A DNA stretch of 64,000 nt. It comes from Ylistrum balloti (Eukaryota). The notes under the pieces were generated by a model. That model was not told the origin of the DNA, made no database searches, and was given only the letters and a program-made list of their open reading frames with translations. Location: contig NW_026782059.1 of NCBI RefSeq assembly GCF_031769215.1, positions 248,001 to 312,000 on the forward strand, read 5' to 3'. Below are positions 54,761-64,000 of this stretch, one piece after another (positions within the stretch are counted from its first letter, which is position 1; each line of letters begins with the position of its first letter). Position numbers and translations under genes: made by a program.

Positions 54761-57700
54761 AAGCTACTTTTGTTAATATTTTGACTTAGTTCATTGAATT
54801 TGAGTTTTGATTTTATTTACATTGATATGTCAGCATTACGTTACTTTTTTAACGAACATCATCACTTTTCAATGTAACTGTATTAATCAGTATTTCATAT
54901 CAAAACCAGATTGTATTGTGTTAATCGAGAGTTGTGTAGAAATGAGGTATCACATGTATCGGAGTCATGCCGAACGATGTCATATATCAGGATGTAGTAA
55001 AGGCAATACGAGGACTTAAACGTCCAATTGTTTCAATTCTGATAGTAGGACAAATTGAAACTGTTATCCGTGTGTGTTCAATTGATCTCAGTCAAGAGTT
55101 GATATTCTGTATCTCATTCGAGAGGTGACTGTCAGATTCTGTTATCGACAAAATACAGGTAACAGAATCTCTTTCCCGTATATAATTTGTCAAAATATCA
55201 TAAAAAAAGTTATCATATAGGAAAAGTGTGCGTTTCCTTTTATCGATTAGATTACCTCCCTTGTTTATCATAATACACTCCTTTTTAGGCTAAACGTACT
55301 CAGTACGCATAGCCTATTGCTTCGGCCTTTCAGACAAAATTCACCGATCCTGGCCTTCTCATTGGCTGAAATATCGAAAAGAGTTAGAGCCCTCTAACGG
55401 CAATTTTCTGCGTAAATAATGCCGCGATCTTTCAAATCGCTATTTTAAAAGCAGCCAAAATTAGTTTATTTTTTTAAATAACAATACGTTTACTATATAT
55501 TTCAAAAAAGAAGCACAGTGTGGTTGAACTATTGATAAATTTTGAACAATATATTTTACGGAATTCTCGACATGACGTAAGCGTACAGAACACTGTACGT
55601 GCGAGTTGATAAGAAGCTAGTCTGGGGGCTTGGTTTGAATTATCAACTAACAGCACTTATAAACAAACAAAACTTACAAACAGAACATCAGTTTTGTTTT
55701 AATCCTTGTCGTTGTGGCAAGGTCGTCTTAATATATAATATCACTTTACCTCAGTAGACGTCACCGAATTGGACTGTTCGTCCCACGCGCACACCCGCCG
55801 ATTTGACACTTTTTTCAGGTTTTTCACACCCACCGCCATGACACTTTTTCAAGTTTTTGAAGATAAAAAATTTGCGCTTCGTAGGCAAGGTACATTTGGT
55901 GTTCATGATTTATGAATAATATATTTTCAATACTGTACTGATCATGATGTTGACTCTGTCATAACTTATATTTTTTGTCTTTTAGTTTTATTTGATGAAG
56001 GTTGATTGTGCTGATTTCTCAAGATTTGTTAATGTGTATCAAAGTTCCTTGAATTGAAAATATTTCTTCAAACAAAGCGCGTATAAAAAAACCCAAAATA
56101 TTCATGATTATAATTATCAATTGACTAGAACGAAATATTTCCATAACATATTTATTCATTTAGCGTGTCATGGTGACATTATCTAATGCATTGGAGATCA
56201 GAAATAGTAGTAGCTATAGTGAAAATATTGTAAATTTTGTATATATATGGAAGTCTGGTTTAATCTCAAAGAACTATGTCTTTATAGACATAATTACTGC
56301 AAGAAAAGTCTAACCATTATACTTCTAGGAAGATAGGCATGTAAATACATTTAATGTAATTACTTACACTTTAATCTATCTGAAATGATGGGTACACCTT
56401 ATCTACTTTCCTCAACTACAGATATAATTACAATAAGTAAGGACTATTACTTTGCAATACATTCAAAATAAAGAAGTAGGTATAAAGTCCTTTTGATTTG
56501 TCTAAATCTCATATTGATAGGATAGTAATTGCAACATCTTGGGTATTTCAAAGATTTATTTAGTCAACTTCATCATAGAGTCATTAATCATTTGGCTTGT
56601 TGGCGATAAATGTTTTTACTTATTTTGATTTATTCACATTATTATCGTCAAATTTGAAATAAGAATTAAAGAAGATATAAAATCGCTTAAAGTTAAGAAA
56701 AATAGCCTCTGGTTCTCTTATTTTAGTAATTTTTGCATTCCAAAGTGTAGGAGTATGGGGAAAGTAATATAGCTTTGCGGTTATTTGTGAACATTTTTCA
56801 ATACGTTTAGCCTTTCAGTACTTTCAGTACTTTGATTACTATTGTATTACCCGCTCGTGTTAGGATAAGGCATTACTAGGTGCAACGGGAGGAGTAGCGA
56901 TGTCGGAAAACCTGTCACCAAAAATCCAACCGATTATATCACATCTCTTGTTAAATCATGATTTGACTTTGTGCCAAATATCGCGTGAATGCACCAGCCA
57001 GACCAGATGAGACAGAAAAATATAGCATTGGGTTGTGCAATATATCTAGGCTACATACATTTTTGGTTTCGCTGCCATCTCCCCATAACGTCAAAACTGC
57101 CCGTTAAACTCAGTGATGAGGAGTTAGTATTTGGGACGTAATAGATCTACAGTTGAATGATAAAAACACGTTTTGCTAAATTTAGATAAGAAATAACTTT
57201 CGCGGGGTCGTGATCTGAAAGAAGACTGTTGTGCACTGGTCACTTAGTTATGGCTTTCCTGCAACTGCACAGACAAGAACAGTTTATGACAGGCATGGAG
57301 ATAGAGAGCTCCTTATCATGATATTTTTATTGCACCCTAATAACAACCCTCTTCCCGCAACCCCCGATTTTACTGTTGAATCAACATTTAAGGGATTGTC
57401 CCCAAAATTACGATTCCCTTGCAAGACATCGGCAGCCAACCGATAGACTGACAACGCAGCATTTGCGATACGTTATTGAAACTAGCGTGTTAGTATATTT
57501 GGTAGTTTCGTTGCTGATGGAAGCATCAAAGCATGTCAACAGAATCTAATTTTAAAACACAATTTCGATAAAACCATTTTAACATTTTTCTCATTTTGGA
57601 ACGTTATTGTCTTGGATTTGCCAATATGTACATGGCGGAGGCCGTCGATCAAGCAACAGAAACACATCTTTCTGGAACACCTGGCTTGTACCCTTTGTAG

Positions 57701-58042
57701 TTTTCAAGAAACTCCATGTAAATCTTTTACGTGGTTCTATTTTGCCCTGATATCAGTTACTGTAATCGTACATATTATTTTAGCGGTAACCCAATTTAAG
57801 CTTTATTTGTGTTGGATGGATTTCGGTAAAATATGAATGCTCCAACTATAGTTTCTGCATGTTGTTTGTATGACAAGTATGGTGTTTTGGATAGATGCTA
57901 ATATTTTGTTACGCGGAATTCAACAGGTTTATAGCATTTGTAATTTGAAAAGGACTCTTTTGATATCTCTAGGCTCTATGTCGCTCATCACAACAACGGT
58001 TTCTTCAAATCAAATGAGAAGCAAAATTATGTTGCATTCTGG

Positions 58043-58574
58043 GACGTTGTCTCTCAAGCATATTAGTCAGTCGAAGCCATGCAGAAATAATATGTCTGTA
58101 AGGAAAACGTGGAAGGAAGGTCTTCATAATGACCACTGGCAATACAATTTCATTTTCTTTACACAAAATTTACACGACGTTGTCTCTCAAGCATATTAGT
58201 CAGTCGAAGCCATGCAGAAATAATATGTCTGTAAGGAAAACGTGGAAGGAAGGTCTTCATAATGACCACTGGCAATACAATTTCATTTTCTTTACACAAA
58301 ATTTACACGACGTTGTCTCTCAAGCATATTAGTCAGTCGAAGCCATGCAGAAATAATATGTCTGTAAGGAAAACGTGGAAAGAAGGTCTTCATAATGACC
58401 ACTGGCAATACAATTTCATTTTCTTTACACAAAATTTACACGACGTTGTCTCTCAAGCATATTAGTCAGTCGAAGCCATGCAGAAATAATATGTCTGTAA
58501 GGAAAACGTGGAAGGAAGGTCTTCATAATGACCACTGGCAATACAATTTCATTTTCTTTACACAAAATTTACAC
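58043..58574. repeat. 133-bp near-perfect tandem repeat, 4 copies
   Basis: Identical ORFs start at 58129, 58262 and 58395. I saw one substitution, in copy 3. Confidence 0.95.
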
Positions 58575-59189
58575 AACTTTAATTGATACAATTAATTTCA
58601 AAGCCCGAAGTCAATATATAAAATAAAGGACCTTATTACCATATTTATGCATTACATTCCTCTTAGATACAATTAAGCTCTAATACTCTATCATTAATCA
58701 ATTACGAAAGCAAATGTTATTGGCTTCATCAAGTCAAAACATATTCTTTGGGATGTTTGTTCATAGTTCATGATCGTTCAGTGCAAAAAGGTCCGTTAAG
58801 GAGTTAAGCATAACAAAGCAAACACTTCGATATTTTCTCTGAACGTCTGTACACATTCCCAAAGCAGAATTTCTCCGTTTGATCAAGGAATCTTTAATAG
58901 TGAATATAATGTCATAAAATACCGGCTCTCGTTCCTATTGTTTGCAATACCAACACTACTATCTTTTTTAACAGTAATCATTCTTAATTGCTGTCAGGGT
59001 ATTATCTCCCAATTAATAAATTAATTTAAGGAATTTAATCAAATAAAAACACCATTCTTAAAAATAATTAAAAACGAAAAGAACAAACAATAGAAGGTAA
59101 AAGCTCTAAAAAATTCAAACTTAGAGAATAAAAAATTTAAACTGTTCGTCATAAAGACAACAATGACATTATCGGCGCATCAATAGAAC

Positions 59190-59900
59190 AATGATCAGAT
59201 ATACTGATGATGTCATGTTTATAAATAACAAGAAATTTACTGACCACGTACATAGTGTATACCCACCAGAATTGAAAATCACGTACACGACAGACTTTTC
59301 TACATCAGTAGCTTATCTAGATCATTTCCTACAACGGAACCAACATGGACAGCTCGCCACCAAGCAGTATAAGAGTGATGAATCAATTTTCTCTATTTTG
59401 TGAACTTTCCATTTCTGAATAGTAAAATCCTTGCATTCCAAACCTAGGATGTTTGCAAAAGTTTATTCGATATTCAAGGTATCTGTCCAGTATCACAGTT
59501 TCCGTGCTAGATGTCGTCAGCTGACAAAATCTTAACACGAGAAATGCAGTTAAATGAAAATTACGGTCGTTATAATGATCTCATGAAGAAATGTTTTTGT
59601 ACGGTATGAAGCTAGACGCTCATTTGTTTGTTTGCTTTTCATGTTGTTGTATGCATTCTCAATTCAAAACGTGACAATTATCTTCTTGGATTTACATGTC
59701 GGGTGTCACCGATGAAGCAGTAGACGCTTATTTTTTCGGAATACCTGGTCCTATTTTCCTTGTACTGTTTTAGAAACCACCGTATGAATCTTTCTTTTGT
59801 TCATGTTTTACATTATGATACCGCTCATATGTTGTTTTTTAGGCACTTGGTACCGTTACGGTTGATGTATCCAAAAAGACGAAACAGCTATTTGATGTAG
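59190..59900 (+). mobile_element. Penelope-like retroelement remnant: RT C-terminal half, 3' motif and hammerhead
   Basis: IRYTDDVMFINN..F.....VYPPELKI..TT....S.AYLD; then NFPFLNSKI and YGRYNDL in shifted frames (PLE-type RT thumb). Family motif at 59693-59752. Decayed hammerhead at 59861-59900 (TTGATG TATCC aaaaa GAC GAAAC AGCT ATT TGATG). Confidence 0.75.
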
Positions 59901-60081
59901 TATAATTTGTTGTTTGGCCATGCGATTTGAAACACATATTAAATTGTGCTATTCACAAGAGTTTTTTAGATATATTTTTTGTTTTAGAGTAATACTTAAT
60001 TAAGCATTTTCCCTATTTTACCTTGTGCTAATGTTATCCTGGATTGAAAGAAAGGTCATGGTATATTGAATTGTCTATTTT

Positions 60082-60160
60082 GGTGGTCGGGTAGCACAGT
60101 AGTAATGTACTCACCTTTCACCTGGCCGTCCGGGGTTCGATTCCCGGAACAGGCGTGAAA
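60082..60160 (+). mobile_element. tRNA-derived SINE head
   Basis: GGTGGTCGGGTAGCACAGTAGT A-box and perfect B-box GGTTCGATTCC at 60134-60144. No acceptor stem of a true tRNA. Confidence 0.65.
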
Positions 60161-61384
60161 ATGTTTCAAAATTGCAAAATCAGAAAGCAGATAAATTCAA
60201 ATTAATTCAATACAAAGCTTTTCTGTATTTGAAATCACCACACGTGGTAGGAATGTCGAGTCATGCTGTGAAACAGAACGCGCATGTGACCTGATGAGAA
60301 TGCGATTTCTGAAAGAGTAACATTAAAGTTTCATTCGGCTTTCTGGTTGAAATACTGTATTCTTTGTATTTCATATTCCCAATCCTGGTGTATTGTGCTT
60401 TTAATGTTGTTCTTCACATTATAAATTAAGTGATGTATATTCAATTTCCTGTGTTGCATATACAACTGAATGTTATTTGCATTCGATACCTTGCAGTGTT
60501 TATTCAATATAATTTGCATGATATGGTGTAAGGTTTGGGGGTATTTCCCTTGCCATCGCAGGCTTCTTAAACTGTTGTGAATAGTCCCAATTCTTACAAA
60601 CGGAAGACTTAACATGGATAACAAACATCCCCCCCCCCCTTCAAAAAAAAACAAACAAACAAACAAACAAACAAAACAAAACAAAAACAAAAATTAAAAA
60701 AATCAAGCACCATACTATTTCCTACAGAGTCAAAATAACACGTGGTACCGGTTGACCTTTTTTGTGGAAATGAATCTTAGTGATTCCGTCTGATTGAAAA
60801 TATTGTAAATTGAATTGATGTATCACGAAGTTAAGTATACCATGAAAAGTCAGTCTCTGAACATTATTTTTGAACTTAACACAATGGTACAGTCGTTGCA
60901 TAATATGATGCAACATGATTCAATGTTAAAAAAATACATATACCATCAATTTTAACACACAATAAAATCCTTTTATGCTAATAAATTATTCACACGTATC
61001 AGTACACATTTTTCACATAATGCTACACTTCCTTGTCTGTTAGATAATTTCATAGTAAATTCTGACCATATATGCGATGTAAACACATTTCAGTTCTTAT
61101 AGCCATTTACTAATCACACTACGGTTTTGTATTGTAACCTGTTCAGATAAGTAATAAAATTCACAATTTGCTACAATTCTTAAAAACATTTCTCATGTGA
61201 ATCTACTGTATCGTTTTCGGTATTGCAAATGTTTGCGATTTCAAAAAATTTTAGATCCTACTAGTGTTTGTTTTGCGAAAAGCACATATCATATTTTGCA
61301 AGGCAAAACCATTATTGCAGTCATTCATTCAAATAGATGAATATTTATATAGCGTAACTTTATGCACTGTTAATATACACATAC

Positions 61385-63107
61385 TTGCACATAATCAAGG
61401 AAAACTTTGCCTACATCGATTATATAAGAATCAATTTTTGTAGTATAGTTGTTCAGTCTATTGAAACTGACACAGAGCTCAGCGTGTATATTGATTGTCC
61501 CCTGCCATATGTGGTTGCCACGCGACCATGCGGCGACAGCGTCTGAAGCTCCACCTGGTGGAAAGGCCGAGGTGATCATTACCTGATCGGAGACTGTAAA
61601 CGATAGGAAGACCATCCGATTTCTGTCAACATGTCAGCTATACTGGGATCTTTCAAACTCTCTCAGAAGAGGAAGTAAGTAGCATATCATATTTCAAGAT
61701 TAATGTCAAATATGTTTTAAATAATGTACCACTGTATTGACAATCTTGAAATCTTGTTGAAGCACGTTATCATTTAAATCATGACCGCTGCAGTTAACCT
61801 TCAGTTACCCGTGGTAGTCTACATTGTATGTGACAGCCAAGCATGCACTGGTGTCCTATTTCTAATTATTTTGCAATTTCGTTTTGTAAGTAATGCTACC
61901 TATGGCTTGACGCTTGATACTGCTTCTGTCCTCACCAAATCTTTTGAACTATATCTTTCACCTTGATGAACTGTCCCAGCTTCATACTTCTGTTTCTCTT
62001 GTCAATGTGTCCCCAGCTGCATATTTATTTTTCTCTGGTCTATGTTTCTCAGCTCCTTTTTTTTCGTTTTTCAAAGTCCATATATCTTTTTCTCTTGTAA
62101 AATTGCCACTATTCCATATTTTCTGTTGTTACACGTTATGTAACATGTTAATAATGAAGTGGTTTCCTGTTGATTGCTTTCCAACGTTGCCCGGCTCTAA
62201 AGGTTGCTTGAAAATTTCTACTCCAAAAAAAGCCTTAGAAATCTTTGCTTTCGTTGCTTTCCAACGTTGCCCGGCTCTAAAGGTTGCTTGAAAATTTCTA
62301 CTCCAAAAAAAGCCTTAGAAATCTCATAAATACGTCGTATTGTTTTTGTACCAGCATAATGAGACATGAAACAGACGGGCCCTGTATGATTAATTTATCA
62401 GTGTAAGCAACGTACCATAATAAATACAATTAGGTTAATCTAGGGGAAAAGATGACATGACATGTTATTTTACGCAGTGCCATAATTAGTTAATAGTCAA
62501 AAAATATCTTGCAGGTGTACAGTGAATATTTTTTCTATCCAAATTTTTGTATAAATGTTATGGAAAGCAATTACTGATATACTTCTAATAAGACTTAAGT
62601 CGTTCAATATTTTTGCTCTTAGGACAACAATTAGAAGGAAAATGGTTTAACTGGTAATATTGAAGTGGATATATAGAGAGTTAAATACACTACTGCAGTC
62701 CTTAAATGTGTTATAATTTCTTACGAACTCTGTTATCTTGGAAACAAAAGATCTTATTTTTCTTATTTCTTAATTTTAACTAACACTGAATGGAACAAGT
62801 CTGTATTCTAGCATTTTCTGTTTCGAAAATACAAATTATGACTCGTTTAAAGTGTTTATAGTATCTAATAATTCCCTTCAGAATAGTAAATGACCAGGAC
62901 AAATTAAATCATCTTTTGAAAGCATTGTTTTACACGAGTACACTGAAATGTGTATTGTTGTATATAATGTATCGTGAAGGACTGAAGTAGAACTATTTCC
63001 TACCAAAGGTTCTATGTTCAGGTTCATCATACAAAACAACTGGTTTTGTTTTCGGCTTTAGTAAACGCAACGTGATATTCAGCCAGATTCTGGTATTGCA
63101 CCAATTT
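61385..63107 (-). CDS. Putative exons of an unidentified gene (partial)
   Basis: Exons 63107-63004 (phase 2 to 1, NWCNTRIWLNITLRLLKPKTKPVVLYDEPEHRTF) and 61593-61385 (phase 1 to 0, SDQVMITSAFPPGGASDAVAAWSRGNHIWQGTINIHAELCVSF...FLDYVQ). Both have good AG/GT sites and join in frame. No family recognised. Confidence 0.4.
62174..62324. repeat. 80-bp tandem duplication (2 copies)
   Basis: TTGCTTTCCAACGTTGCCCGGCTCTAAAGG...GCCTTAGAAATCT occurs at 62174 and 62254. Confidence 0.9.
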
Positions 63108-63711
63108 CTAACAAACGCAAAATGTGTAAGAAAAGATGAGACTTGTGGTACACATTAGCAATATTAATTAATATAGACTAGTTAACCTTTTTATAAATAT
63201 TTCTCTAGTAATACCTGATCACGGTCGCAAAAATATATCCCTGGCATCATTTTGAAAGGTCTTGTGATTTTGAAATTTCTAACTCTGAAGCAATGAAATT
63301 GGACTAAGACTGGACATATCAACACGAATTATTTGTTGCCTGCGTATCAATTCTACGTCACAATTCCCACTTGACCGATCACATGTTATTGGCAATGGTC
63401 ATTAATGGAATGATATTTACATAAACACATGAGTATTCTATATGAAATAAATTAATGGAAAGACGATAGCTATGTTTCAAATGGCAAATCTAATCTCCGA
63501 TTCTGTGCGGTTAATTCTGCCGTGTTCAATGTTTATTGTGCAAATGAATGACATTTGAAAACAGCCATGTATATTGTAAATTAAACCCCCAGAGAAGACT
63601 AAATTGAAACTTAGGATGGTGAGGCATAATGATGAATAAGATGAAAATTAACTGTGTAAACATTAATGCCAAAGCAGACATTCAAGCCAAATAATTACAT
63701 TCATTAATTAC

Positions 63712-63890
63712 NNNNNNNNNNNNNNNNNNNNNNNNNNNNNNNNNNNNNNNNNNNNNNNNNNNNNNNNNNNNNNNNNNNNNNNNNNNNNNNNNNNNNNNNN
63801 NNNNNNNNNNNNNNNNNNNNNNNNNNNNNNNNNNNNNNNNNNNNNNNNNNNNNNNNNNNNNNNNNNNNNNNNNNNNNNNNNNNNNNNNNN
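63712..63890. other. Assembly gap (N run)
   Basis: 179 consecutive N bases. Confidence 1.
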
Positions 63891-64000
63891 CACCTTACGT
63901 CAATCAAGTCGTTTTATCCTAATCTGTTTTGGACATGGCTTTTTTATTTATTTATATATATATTTGACAACATCTGCTATTGTTGGAAGAAAGTAACATA

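Noticed and set aside
60082-60160. Possible tRNA gene (also 37782-37850)
   Set aside because: A and B boxes are present but there is no complete cloverleaf, and divergent sister copies indicate SINE heads.
60291-60320. CTGATGA...GAAA, a possible extra hammerhead
   Set aside because: Stem II does not close correctly before GAAA, no matching stem I or III is present, and it does not resemble the family consensus.
61495-61515. TGGCAGGGG on the minus strand, recalling the U1 snRNA 5' end
   Set aside because: It lacks ATACTTACC and the rest of U1.
63704-63907. ORFs across the N run
   Set aside because: Artefacts of the assembly gap.

Overview
AT-rich animal genomic DNA, most likely a mollusc and probably a bivalve (inferred from the repeat families and gene content). 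It is not prokaryotic: genes are spliced, so the six-frame ORF track misses most of them. Manual splice reconstruction gives four genes. (1) The first coding exon of METTL21A on the minus strand. (2) A complete 7-exon C7orf57/DUF5524 homolog on the plus strand, head-to-head with METTL21A. (3) A complete 7-exon secreted, strongly cationic chymotrypsin-like S1 protease on the minus strand (11168-20700). (4) An MFHAS1-like Roco protein (LRR-Roc-COR) with a C-terminal death domain on its own exon (27886-33089, 1172 aa). There may be a fifth, unidentified spliced gene on the minus strand near 61-63 kb. The rest is repeat-rich: remnants of a Penelope-like retroelement carrying minimal type I hammerhead ribozymes (seven recognisable copies), tRNA-derived SINEs, Helentron/HINE-like and MITE-like elements, many minisatellites whose long ORFs are probably artefacts, and an N gap at 63712-63890. 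The most interesting items are the LRR-Roc-COR-death domain protein, which may also have a death-domain-less isoform, and the hammerhead family, three copies of which lie in the sense orientation inside the protease introns.
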